A DNA stretch of 63,827 nt, filler included, from Octopus bimaculoides (Eukaryota): the NCBI RefSeq assembly GCF_001194135.2. It is 5 parts of 5 records of this genome, joined end to end, with 100 filler letters (N's around TTAATTAATTAA, not from the genome) between each part and the next. Parts side by side here need not be neighbours in the genome. Positions count along the whole stretch, not along the records: positions 31,890 to 48,994 come from NC_068991.1; positions 49,095 to 61,731 come from NC_068981.1; 3 more parts are not named here. The stretch is one strand, 5' to 3'. Position numbers and translations under genes: made by a program. Positions within the stretch are counted from its first letter, which is position 1, and each line of letters starts with the position of its first letter. Below the pieces are notes generated by a model that saw only the letters and a program-made list of their open reading frames with translations, searched no databases and was not told the DNA's origin. Positions 46,683 through 59,402 of this stretch are shown here, in pieces.

Positions 46683-48994
46683 TTAATTTTTGTTATAAGA
46701 CTTTATTTCCGCAGGGAAAACACAACAACATAATTGAAGGTTGAATACACCACCATCGTCGCAAAGCTTAGTTCTCCATTCAGTTCCACTTATCTTTTCT
46801 GAATAATAACGTAGGTCCCAATCTGTTTTCCGAGTATGTTTTTCCTTGTCATGACATATAATATCTTTTGTTGCAGTGTTAAATGATCGTTGCGTTGTTT
46901 GCACTTCGTATGTCGGTACTGGTGTGATTTCAGGTTTACTTTCCGGAATACAACGACATTGATTGCTGTCGAATCGAGTTGCAGCTTCACATGATATTTT
47001 TACCCATTTGTTTCCCTGGGTCATCTGCTCGTAAACCTGTGGGTTTGCCGTGGCTCTTCTTATAGACTGAGGAGGATAAGGACATATACTAAAGTGTTCA
47101 GGTTTACCTGTCGGTTCTGTTTCAGGTTTACCTGTCGAAACACAACAACATTTTTTGTCGTTGAATCGACTGCCAGCTTCACATGATATTTTCACCCATT
47201 TGCCTCCCTTGGTCATCCGCTCATAAATCTGTGGGTTTGTAGTGGCTCTTCTTATAGACCGAGAAGGCTTATGCCCACATACTTGGTATTCCGCTTCAGG
47301 TTCAGCTGTCGGTTCTGTTTCAGGTTTACCTGTCGGTTCTGTTTCNNNNNNNNNNNNNNNNNNNNNNNNNNNNNNNNNNNNNNNNNNNNNNNNNNNNNNN
47401 NNNNNNNNNNNNNNNNNNNNNNNNNNNNNNNNNNNNNNNNNNNNNNNNNNNNNNNNNNNNNNNNNNNNNNNNNNNNNNNNNNNNNNNNNNNNNNNNNNNN
47501 NNNNNNNNNNNNNNNNNNNNNNNNNNNNNNNNNNNNNNNNNNNNNNNNNNNNNNNNNNNNNNNNNNNNNNNNNNNNNNNNNNNNNNNNNNNNNNNNNNNN
47601 NNNNNNNNNNNNNNNNNNNNNNNNNNNNNNNNNNNNNNNNNNNNNNNNNNNNNNNNNNNNNNNNNNNNNNNNNNNNNNNNNNNNNNNNNNNNNNNNNNNN
47701 NNNNNNNNNNNNNNNNNNNNNNNNNNNNNNNNNNNNNNNNNNNNNNNNNNNNNNNNNNNNNNNNNNNNNNNNNNNNNNNNNNNNNNNNNNNNNNNNNNNN
47801 NNNNNNNNNNNNNNNNNNNNNNNNNNNNNNNNNNNNNNNNNNNNNNNNNNNNNNNNNNNNNNNNNNNNNNNNNNNNNNNNNNNNNNNNNNNNNNNNNNNN
47901 NNNNNNNNNNNNNNNNNNNNNNNNNNNNNNNNNNNNNNNNNNNNNNNNNNNCTTCTCCGCAATTTCAGGTTCTCCCTCGGGTTTACTTTCCGGTTTTGTT
48001 TCAGGTTTCCCTGTCGGTTCCGTTTCAGGGTTACGTTCTGGTTCTGTTTCTCCCTCCGGTTGTGCAGGTGTTGTACCTGTCGAAACACAACAACATTTTT
48101 TGACGTTGAATAGACTGCCAGCCTCACATGATATTTTCACCCATTTGCCTTCCTTGATCATCCGCTCGTAAATCTGTGGCTTTGTAGTGGCTCTTCTTAT
48201 AGACTGAGAAGGCTTATGCCCACATACTTGGTATTCCGCTTCAGGTTCAGCTGTCGGTTCTGTTTCAGGTTTACCTGTCGGTTCTGTCTCAGGTTTACCT
48301 GTCGGTTCTGTCTCAGGGTTTGATTTTGAAACACAGCAACACTTGTCGTGGCTGAAAATATATCCATTTTGACAAGCTCTCAGCTTCCATGAACTGCCTC
48401 TCAGTTCGTAATAATGACGTTCATCTCTAAATGTTCCTCGTCGTTTATTTGACGATTTATCAAGACAGAACTTTGGCGAAAATGCATTTTCTCCCTCCGG
48501 TTGTGCAGGTGTTGTACCTGTTGAAACACAACAACATTTTTTGATGTTGAATCGACTGCCAGCTTCACATGATATTTTCACCCATTTGCCTCCCTTCATC
48601 ATCCGCTCGTAAATCTGTCGGTTTGGAGTGGCTCTTCTTATAGACTGAGAAGGCTTATGCCCACATACTTGGTATTCCGCTTCAGGTTCACTTGTCGGCT
48701 CTGTTTCAGGTTTACCTGTCGGTTCTGTTTCAGGTTTACCTGTCGGTTCTGTTTCAGGTTTACCTGTCGAAACACAACAACATTTTTTTATGTTGAATCG
48801 ACTTCCAGTTTCACATGATATTTTCACCCATTTGCCTTCCTTGATCATCCGCTCGTAAATCTGTGGCTTTGTAGTGGCTCTTCTTATAGACTGAGAAGGC
48901 TTATGCCCACAGACTTGGTATTCCGCTTCAGGTTCACCTGTCGGCTCCGTTTCAGGTTTACCTGTCGGTTCTGTTTCAGGTTTACCTGTCGGTT
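46683..48994 (-). CDS. Tandem Cys-rich repeat protein (atypical CBM14/peritrophin-like modules with Pro/Glu/Thr linkers); 5' end missing, 606-N internal gap
   Basis: The frame is open from the scaffold end at 48994, upstream of the listed Met, to TAA at 46683. Seven modules C-x30/31-C-x10-C-x-C with conserved Y, W, G and F lie at 48774-48911, 48528-48665, 48333-48467, 48087-48224, 47142-47279, 46950-47084 and 46722-46856. The linkers are 24-nt units encoding TGKPETEP. Confidence 0.88.
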
Positions 48995-49094
48995 NNNNNN
49001 NNNNNNNNNNNNNNNNNNNNNNNNNNNNNNNNNNNNNNTTAATTAATTAANNNNNNNNNNNNNNNNNNNNNNNNNNNNNNNNNNNNNNNNNNNN
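48995..49094. other. Artificial scaffold-joining spacer
   Basis: 44 N + TTAATTAATTAA + 44 N. Confidence 0.97.
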
Positions 49095-49184
49095 TTTTTC
49101 CTTCCTTCCCCCTCCCAAAAAGAAAAGCTCTACATTGTATTTGTCCCATCTTCGTTGAGCCCTGTGTGGCTAATAAAAGAAATG

Positions 49185-49230
<46 letters not shown>

Positions 49231-49849
49231 CCTCTCTGTCTGTCTGTCTGTCTATCTATCTCTCTGTCACTGAGTCTGTCTATCTAACTATCTATTTACG
49301 GCTCTATCTATACTAGAAAATTAAAAAAAAAAACGCACAAACACAATTACATATATACAGGCTTTATTCGCAAGCATGCTTCATGCAGTTGCTAATTCTG
49401 TTAGATGCTTATGTTGTCACGAGTATACATAGGCAGCCCTTCATTGCAACTATTTCTCTATTCTTGACCCGATAGAATATCTCGAAGGGAGAAAAACCTG
49501 TGCAAATATTAATCTTCACCTCTTACTCTTTCCGGTGAGTAATGTGCACAACGAAAAATAGAGCGCTTGCTCAACGATACTACGTTGTGTCCTTGTGCAA
49601 CGCTTCATTTCTCATTGGAGAAGTACTTTGGAAAGAGTAGCAGCTTCCGTAATTATCTTTGAAGACTTTACTGTATGCGAGAGCTGCCCTGAAAGTAATT
49701 CTCAAGTGTGCATAATTTCTTTAACTGACAGGTTGCTGAAATCCCGCATGATCACATATTCATCTTTTCCTATCGTTCTTCATTCTATTCTTCTTTTTCG
49801 GAGAAAAATAATAGGTTCCGTACTATAATAGGTTCCATACAATAATTGG

Positions 49850-50736
49850 TTGCTTGAGTTTTTGACGGTATCAGAGAGCCGACTGATGAATAGGCCTTCT
49901 GATGAAAGAGAGCAATAGGCTCTCTGATATCTACAGAAAGCTATAGGTTGGTTTTGTTGATGAGCACTCACGAGAACAATGTGCTACCACTGACACAAGT
50001 TAACAACGAGAGGACGAACTGATTCGGGCGGATAGACAAGTCTCAATTCCCGAGCTTACCGCACAACTGGGCTGTCGTCACACTACATTACACTTGAAGA
50101 TGGAAAGTTTTGGGCTTTGGGAAGTTCGTGCAAATGTGAGTACTTCGACGGTTTTACAGAGATAAGTGTGGAATGTGGAACTTATCTGCTGGAAGTATTT
50201 GAAATCAGTGAGGACACGTTTTTGTCTGATCTGATGAAAAGCGATGAAACGTGCGCATATGTTTATAAATTCGGAAATCAAAGCTTGGCCTATAGAATGA
50301 CATTAAACCTCCTCACTAAAGCCCCAGAAATTCAAGAATCAATGATTTGCACAAAAAGGCATAGTGACTATCTTTTAGGATCACATGGGTGTCATTCTCA
50401 TTGTGGGTGGACAGTGAACAACAAGTAATACACTAAAGCTAAAAATGCTTAGAGAGGCCATTTGGACTATGAGACTGAAAAAGAATCTGAAACAATATCG
50501 TAAATTACTATAACAATTTAGACAACCGGACAACAGGGAAACTGCTCCCGTGAAGTCCAGTTCTGGCAACTTTCACTTTCAGCTCGATGAAATAAAGGAC
50601 AACAATATGATAAAAGAGACGAGCTGAAAGTGGCTTCAAACAAGTGGATACAACAGTAAATTTTTAAAAGGTATTGGAGAACTGGGTTCAGAGATGGCGG
50701 AATTGCATTGCTTGTCAAGGAGACTAGGTTGAGCAA
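49850..50736 (+). pseudogene. Degenerate mariner (DD34D-type) transposase
   Basis: DELIRADRQVSIPELTAQLG (HTH), FLSDLMKSDET (first catalytic D region), VTIF*DHMGVIL..TVN, and C-terminal GI..LVQRWRNCIACQGD*VE. Confidence 0.85.
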
Positions 50737-50989
50737 AACTTTTTATAGAGGTATTGCTATTCTATTAACATGTGCAATTTGCACAACTTATGTCATTTAA
50801 TTAAAGAAGTTCTGGTCACGTTTGCCTTGCTTTCGTTAAAACTGTATATTAATAGGAATGGTAAGACAACAAAAGAATGAAAGAGACCTCGATATTATGT
50901 AAATAGAGGAATTTATTTGTAATATAATATGTGGCAATTATTCGTTTGCCATAATGTAACTCCGAGTTTCGGATGTCGGNNNNNNNNNN

Positions 50990-51069
<80 letters not shown>

Positions 51070-51226
51070 ATTGAGGCAGGTATACGCAATTTACCATATG
51101 AACCAGTGACTGATTCCGTAAAATGATAATGTGAAAAGTATAAATTACTTTAGGTGGTTAGACGCAATTCAAAGCCAAAAAGGAAATAACACACTGTCAC
51201 TAAAAATTGACGAAGGATACAGAGAG

Positions 51227-51513
51227 CACCACCATTGCTAGAAATAACAGTCAAAGGCTCTTTAGCCAGAAAAGCAGATTTTTTATTAACTGACAAGGGA
51301 GACAATCTCCCCACCGCAAGCGAGGGCATTAGATAGGTATATGAATTAGGCATGGAAATTAAGCTCACCAGTAATGTTTAATTTCCATGCAAAATTGGCA
51401 TGCTGATCAGATGCCCTCGCTTGTTCTGGGGAAGTTGTCTCCCTTGCCAATAAATAGGACATGTGCTTTTGTGGCTAAAGAGCCTTTGATTCTAATTCCT
51501 AGCAATGTTGGTG
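51227..51513. repeat. ~290-bp imperfect palindrome (MITE-like)
   Basis: caccaccattgctag..tcaaaggctctttagcca..gggagacaa mirrors ttgtctccc..tggctaaagagcctttga..ctagcaatgttggtg. Confidence 0.85.
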
Positions 51514-51790
51514 TTCCTTGAACACTTCGTCACTTTTTAGTGCGGGTGAATTATATATGTATACATACACACACAGACACATATATATATATGTCCCCTC
51601 TGTGTGTAGCCCCTTGTGGGTAGTAAAGAAATAACACACGCACACACACACACACACACGCACACNNNNNNNNNNNNNNNNNNNNNNNNNNNNNNNNNNN
51701 NNNNNNNNNNNNNNNNNNNNNNNNNNNNNNNNNNNNNNNNNNNNNNNNNNNNNNNNNNNNNNNNNNNNNNNNNNNNNNNNNNNNNNNNNN

Positions 51791-51836
<46 letters not shown>

Positions 51837-53289
51837 CATATACATGTATATGTATATATGTATGGATCTGTGTATTTGTGTGTGTGTGTGACTGTGCATT
51901 TTCACATACTTGTAACAATGCGGGGCATGTCACCGTGTAGCCTGTAGATAACGTTTTGCTTCCCCTTCAGAAGTGAATGCAACACTGTCCTTTCCCTTTG
52001 ACTAAGACAGTAAACAGAGTTAACATATTAATTATTCATTGTAAATCTTCTGGTTACTATAAATATTTATATGCCTTCTTTCTTTGATTTATATTGCTCA
52101 TTCACAGTACACACACATATATGCACACAAGCATACACACACAAGCACACACACACATACACACACACACACACACACATACACAAACACAAAAACACAA
52201 ACACACAATATATAACCAATAAACCAGCAAGCTGTTGGCGCAGCACTTGAATAAACTATCACCTGCATTGAAGTCAACGACAGAGTCCGTAAATTGTCAC
52301 TATATCTGATAGAAAGAATAGTTGCATTTCCTCTAAATCCCTTTCTACCATCTAAAAATAGTAAGGTTACATTAGATAAGATAGTCGTTGGTAAACTCTA
52401 CTTGGCAAGCCCTTTAGTTCATATGTCTACTAGACCTGAGCGGAATGGACTAGTGGTGGGGAGACAAGTAACAACAACAGCAACAACAATTACCTGCATA
52501 GTGATTTATTTTTCCACTGAAGGAAAATAACTTTCTGTACTTGAAAATATTTTGAAGCTGTAAATTTTAGATGTTTTAATTTGTTTTCTTCGGTGTTGCC
52601 CGAGGTTTAGTATTTTCAAATAAAACTTTTATATGAAGTTTGTGTTTGAAGCATTAAACATTAAAATATTTCAAGATTCCCAATATGACTAGCATTTACT
52701 TGTTGCCTAATAAATAAAATGTATTTGTGATTCCTCCCTGTCTGCTTTCCAAGTTGTTCAGACGAATCAAATATAATAATACTGAATGCTGGTAGTGACA
52801 GACATAAATGTTATTTCAAAATATGTTAATATGTCTATGTTTATCTTACAACGAACTTGCTATAAAACAGCGGATTAGAAGTAGAACATTATTTTGTTTC
52901 CACCAATCAATATTAATCTGCCCCAAGCAGATAAAAAATTTGTCGTATATTTTGCAAACATAAAACAGTGAAAACAGTTATTCCAAATTATAGATTTATT
53001 TTTTTCATTGCATTTCTTTAGTAAATTGTAGATTTTCTAAATCATATTTTCACAGAAATGAACAAAGACCTTGTAGTATCTTCATTATCTAGGTTCAAAT
53101 CCTACAAATATTAGATTTGCATTTCAGCTATGCCGTTTTCATAGAGTAAGTAGTCAAACACTCTGTCAGCGAAACCGATTACACTATCTCCCTTGATGTG
53201 TGCCCTTCTTTTGCACTGTACATGTATCTCATATAAATTCCGAAATGATAGAAACATGTTCACTGCACACACATACACACACACACGTA

Positions 53290-53320
<31 letters not shown>

Positions 53321-53402
53321 NNNNNNNNNNNNNNNNNNNNNNNNNNNNNNNNNNNNNNNNNNNNNNNNNNNNNNNNNNNNNNNNNNNNNNNNNNNNNNNN
53401 NN

Positions 53403-53449
<47 letters not shown>

Positions 53450-53827
53450 TAAATAATATATAGATATATGCATATATCCATACATATATGTACATACCTA
53501 CATCTATATGTATACATACATGCATATATGGGTACAGGACATATATATATGTAGATAGATATAATTAATAAAAAAAAACCAGAAAAAAAACAAGAAAGAA
53601 AAAAATCTACAACTCGACGACGTAGTACAGGCAAAGTATTAATGAGACGCTCAGAGAAGGAAAGAAAGAGTGGTTTGCTTTACGTTTCGAGCATAACCCT
53701 TCTTCGGAAACAGGAGACATAGGAGTGTCCAAAAGAAAATGAAGAAGGAGGAAAATATCGCCAACTATCCACGTGAGTTACATTCTTGAAATGATCGGAA
53801 GTAGATGGACAAAGAGAAAGTATATAC

Positions 53828-53925
<98 letters not shown>

Positions 53926-54299
53926 GCAGTGGGGGGAAATAAATATTCGTACATGTCAAAAATTCTTTATTTATTTAATTTCTAATGAACATAAATGGGA
54001 TGGGATATACCAATACTATATTTGCATACACATGCATAAACTAAGAATATGCAAAAGAAACTAGTAAATCATATGGTATGGGGAAATGAAATGACAAAAA
54101 GAGATTCTGAATTAAAAACTGCAACAAGAATGTCAACTAAATACTAATGTATGTAGTCCTACCTATCGATTACATTTCAATTGTTCGTTTTGCATATATA
54201 ATAAAAGATTTTGAAAATTAAAGCTATCTATTTACTTCCTGCATGTCTGTGTATATATATATATATGTGAGTGTGTGTGTATAGTAAGTAGCATAAATG

Positions 54300-55110
54300 G
54301 GCAAGGGGTTTGAAATCGGGTAGAAATGGAGTGCTATGGGGTAATTAAGCAGGAAAGTGGAGTGGAGTCTATCCGTATATTGAAAGGAAGAGAGGTGTGT
54401 GTTTGTGTTCCTGTTTTTGGGGCGGGGTGTAGGTGAGGAAGTATAGTGAAAATTGTTAATAACGTTCTAGGTTGTTGGCATGTATGTATTGTGTGTCAGA
54501 AAAGCGTGGATGTGAGGAGGTGACAGCAAATGGAACTCTAAGTTGGAAGGGATGTGGTAGACATCTGTGTAACGTTATTTATGACCATGAGATGCTGTTC
54601 GTAGAGGAGTGAGAGAAGAAAAAGAGATAATAAGAAAGGAAATGTCCAAAGGAAAAAGCTGCTTTTTTGATTCTAAAAGAGAAGAAAATTATTGGAACAC
54701 GTGGAGGGGTAATATGAAAGTGTTAGAGGCGTGTGTATGTGTCGGAATGTAAATGGAACGGATTATACTGAGGAACATGTGGGGAGAAAAAAGAACTTAT
54801 AAAATTGAAGATGAAGATTGAAGCGTAAAGCCGTATAAGCTCGGAGGCATGAAATGAGTTTTGGTTCCATTTGGAGGCGAGTAGTGTATTATGGGAGTGT
54901 GGTAGCCTGGTAACCGAACGAGATGTGTTGGATGTAATAGTCAAATATGAAAAGAAATGTATGGCTGCTAGGACGAGACAGGATAGTGAGAAAGGAGGAG
55001 CACAGGTTATGAAGGAGGAAGAAAGCAATGAAGACAAAATGGAAATATAAAACATATTGAGACAAAGAAAGATGGAGAGAAGCATAAAAAAACGAAAAGA
55101 AACTAACCAT
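54300..55110 (-). mobile_element. Degenerate Penelope-like element, region C-terminal to RT
   Basis: FFSYLTITSN..VTRL....TLLASKWNQNSFHASELIRL resembles FLD..I....T.L....L...S.HP......SQ.LRL. Strong strand asymmetry. Confidence 0.5.
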
Positions 55111-55520
55111 AAGAGAATTGCGAGTTCAGGGTGAGAGACAAAAAACAAGAGAAACTGAAGAGTATAGACGTGTAATTTCGTCCCATGCCGAAGAACCTAA
55201 CACTTTTCTCATTGGATTTGCTGGTAGATGGTTAAACTTATAGATGTTGAATTTTGATATACTTTGTGACAGGTTGGTCTTTTGAATTACAAGTACAACC
55301 TTTCCTATAGATTTTCACATAGTTTCTGTCTGAAGTGACAAGGCTGAAATCCACTTGAAGTTATAATAACATTCATTTGGTTGATTCCGGGAACACGTAC
55401 TTGCAAAGAGATCATCTTAACCCTTCGAACGTACAGCTCCTTTATATATGTGCGTGTGCGTGTGTACACACACACACGTACGCACGCATGCACGCACACA
55501 AACACACACACACACACACA

Positions 55521-55554
<34 letters not shown>

Positions 55555-55826
55555 TAAATATATATAAGATTCAGTTAAACTAGGTACTTACATTGATGCA
55601 CTTTGTTAGGTCGGAACAATTTACACACAACAGTATTATGTAAATATCAAACGTGGTACATAAGTACCGGCCAAATGATATTATTGCTGTGTATGTAGAC
55701 AATTAGACCCAGCTGAGTGAAGACATCCGCTCTGGAGCTATTCAGACATGTACATTATATTAAATACACGGTCCATAATATTTACGAAGGGCAGATTCCG
55801 AGACAAGTGAATAAAATATGTGTAAC

Positions 55827-56689
55827 AGTAGGGGTACAGGTGTCAATCCATTAAGGCCGTTTCTAACGGCTCCCTTAATTGATTAATGAAAACATTACAT
55901 CATCGTAAAGAAACCGTTTTCGTCAGATGAATTCATGAACTTCAAAATAAAGGACATTCAAAATGATCCAACATAGTTTAAAATCCACGGAGCAATAACA
56001 TTTACAGTGATTCTGCTACTATTTCAGTTGACAGAATGGATTTACCAGAACAGTGTATATTTGATCGGAACAGAGAAATTTAGAGTTTAGTAGAGTTTTT
56101 AGGAAGGGGAAGGAATAATTGACTCAATCATCTCGACAAGAGAGGAGGGCCTGGCTCTATTAATTTTGGGTTTATCTTTTAAGGAGTTGTTTAATTTCTA
56201 CTGGTCAGTGGTAAGAAAATGATTTGTGGTCAGCTCAACAAAATCATTTTCTGACCACAGATCATTTTCTGACCACAAATACTTTCCTTACCACTGACCA
56301 GTAGACATTAAACAACTCCTTAATAGATAAACCCAAGAGTAATGGAGCCATGCCCTCCTCTTTTGTTAGAAATAGAGATGATTGGGTCACTGGAGTCAAT
56401 TATTCCTTCCCCCTCCTAAAAACTTTACTAAGCTCTAAATTTCTGTTCTGATGAAATATACATTATTCTGGTAAATCCGTTCTGTCAACTGAAATAGTAG
56501 CAGAATCACTGTAAATGTTATTGCTCCTTGGATTTTAAACTATGTTGGATCATTTTGAATGTCCTTTATTTTGAAGTTCATGAATTCATCTGACGAAAGC
56601 GGTTTCTTTACAATGATGTAATGTTTTCATTAATCAATTTAAGGAGTCGTTAGAAACGTCTTTAATGGATTAACACCTGTACCTCTACT
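55827..56689. repeat. ~860-bp foldback inverted repeat (arms ~405 bp)
   Basis: 55827-56232 is largely the reverse complement of 56269-56689. The centre has a duplicated atcattttctgaccaca. Confidence 0.92.
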
Positions 56690-56699
56690 CTTATTTTAT

Positions 56700-56750
<51 letters not shown>

Positions 56751-57229
56751 TATATATACATACACACACACATATTTGTGTATGTGAGTGTGTGAGTGTG
56801 CGCGCGTAAATAGGGAGCTGCTTTTCTTTTTTTAAACATGTTATATTAAAAACACAACTATGTTCGAATTTAATCCTTCTAATTAATGACTTTCCCTATT
56901 TCCGTATTAAACTTTTATGTTTCGTTTAGAACAATGACTTCTTAAATCCATTAATCCATTAATATTTCAACAACCTGCTCGGCTTTATCATCAGAACGAA
57001 ATATTACTCTTAATGGCGTAGCATGCGGGCACTTTGCTCAAGACTGCCTAAGATCATAGAAATAATGTTTAACTGAAAAAAAAGATTAACAACATATTTG
57101 CAAAATATTCAATGACGAAGTGTTACTAGAATTCATGATTTATTTTATCTATGGCGAATCTGTGTGTTGAGATATAGTTTGAATTATGAAATCTTCTGAA
57201 GTTACTCCTCTTACTGTATTGTGGAATTG

Positions 57230-57371
57230 TATACATTTACATACATACATACATACATACATGCATGCATACATGCATGCATGCATACATACATATATAT
57301 CTGCATCTCTATCTCTCTTTCTCTCTCTATCTCTCTTTTCTGTCTATCTCTCTATCTGTCTATTTTCCCCT

Positions 57372-57407
<36 letters not shown>

Positions 57408-57775
57408 TTTCTCTCTCTCTTTCTCTCTTTTCTCCATTTCTTTCTCTCTCTCCTCCTTTCTCTCTCTCTTTCCCTCTCTCTATTTATGTATCTCTCCGTC
57501 CGTCGTCTATTGCTCTCTCTTCCTGTCCCTCTTTGTCTCTCTTTGTCTCTCTCTCTCTGTTCCTGTCTCTCTCTCTGTTCCTGTCTCTCTCTCTGTTCCT
57601 GTCTCTCTCTCTGTTCCTGTCTCTCTCTCTGTTCCTGTCTCTCTCTCCTGTTTCTTTCTCTCCTTCTGTCACTTTCTCTCCTTCTGTCTCTTTCTCTCCT
57701 TCTGTCTCTTTCTCTCCTTCTGTCTTTCTCTTTCTGTCACTCTCTTTCTGTTAATTTCTCTCTTTCTGTCACCTT
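57230..57775. repeat. (TACA)n followed by a pyrimidine-rich CT/CTTT/CTCTGTTCCTGT compound microsatellite
   Basis: Directly visible. It explains the spurious Leu/Ser ORFs. Confidence 0.9.
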
Positions 57776-57804
57776 TCTTAATCCTCTTCATAAGAACATT
57801 ACAT

Positions 57805-58055
57805 CTATCCTAGCTCCAAAAAATGTTCCTCTACATACCATTGATAATATGTTGTTGAATAAACTTCTGGAAGTCTTCAGTTATAACACAGTTGACAGTA
57901 TTGTTGATGATCAGGATAGTGTCAACCACCAGGTACAGCTCCTCATTGTCTTTAGTTGAAAAAAGGGACCCCTATTATGCTATTACATATTTTGTCTCAA
58001 CCAAAATTATGCAATGGTACTATATTATTTGTGCACAAACTTTATTGACCCAAAC
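57805..58055 (+). mobile_element. Helitron PIF1-type helicase fragment
   Basis: ILAPKN...IDNMLL.KL....Y.TVDSI.D....VN and KKGTPIMLL..LSQPKLCNGT are Helitron helicase motifs. Stops and frameshifts are present. Confidence 0.85.
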
Positions 58056-58744
58056 ATTCTCACTGTTTGTAGTAAAGGCTTATGTACCCCGAAATAAAAC
58101 AAAAGTTTTGTTCTTAAAGAAATCTTAATGCAACAAGAATACTTCAATAACTTCATTTACCATTACTATCATTACGTTCAAGAATGAGTAAATTACCTAT
58201 TTTAATGAACTGTATTATATAATTGTCATTACTGTATTGATAAATAAAATAACACATACATCTCATTTATTATTATAACGTAATAAACGAACAGAACTTC
58301 ATGTATAAACATGATCATTTTTCTACTTCAATTATTACATGTTTTTCTCTTATGAGAACATTATATCATTGCCATTACTTTATAAATAGATAAAATACCA
58401 AATACGACTCACTTATTATTGCAATATCATTGTAAGCTCATGCATGATATTGATCTTTCTTCTACTTCAATTACTACACATACAGGAGAAGTAAATTATA
58501 CATATAATAATAATTTCAATGTGTCTCCTGATACTGCGTTTAATATTTTGGACTAATGTGTATATGTCGATTAGTGTGTTGAAGTGTTTAGTAGTGCACT
58601 GGCACAGTTTGGACTCTCTGGTGTCATCTGCAGCCGGGGTATATTACCGTCGGATCTACTTCAGAAACTCCGCAGCGATAATCGAAGTAATCACAATAAC
58701 TTTTTAAAGAGTAACCAAATCCATTTTCTGGTTACTTAAGAAAT

Positions 58745-58774
<30 letters not shown>

Positions 58775-58776
<2 letters not shown>

Positions 58777-59402
58777 AGGGCATAACTATACAAGAATGCC
58801 TCACGTTAACTACCGTAATAAACACATTTTTACCGAATGCGAAGAAATGCAGCCATCAAGGAAGCTAGCCTTTTAAAAACAGACTTAACTATAGATCGCC
58901 GATTTCGTGATCATTATAATATATTATCTTCATTCGTCAGTATAGTATAGTCAAGACACATAGAAATTAAAAAAAAAAGATCAATATACTAAACGAACAC
59001 CTCATGTATTCTGGATAGCACATAGAAGATTGTTTTTCCCTATATATCTATGAAAAAGGCGGGCTTTTCGAGCTGCACTTCGGTACCATGTGTTTTTAAT
59101 CGGAATAAAATTCAGCACTGAATATATTCCGGTTATATATTTAATTAATACAATAATAGGATAAACTCTTATATAAGAATTTATCAAGTAGTTATCGTGA
59201 AAAACATTCATAGGGAAGAATCTATCGTTTTTCCCTAAATCATATTTATCTATTTATATATATATATAAGGGCATTACTATACAAGAATGCCTCACGTTA
59301 ACTACCGTAATAAACACATTTTTACCGAATGCGAAGAAATGCAGCCTTCAAGGAAGCTAACCTTTTAAATACAGACTGAACTATAGATCGCCGATTTCGT
59401 GA
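58775..59402 (+). repeat. Pair of ~136-bp direct repeats (58775-58910 and 59267-59402), each preceded by (TA)n
   Basis: Direct comparison shows only a few substitutions. Confidence 0.9.
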
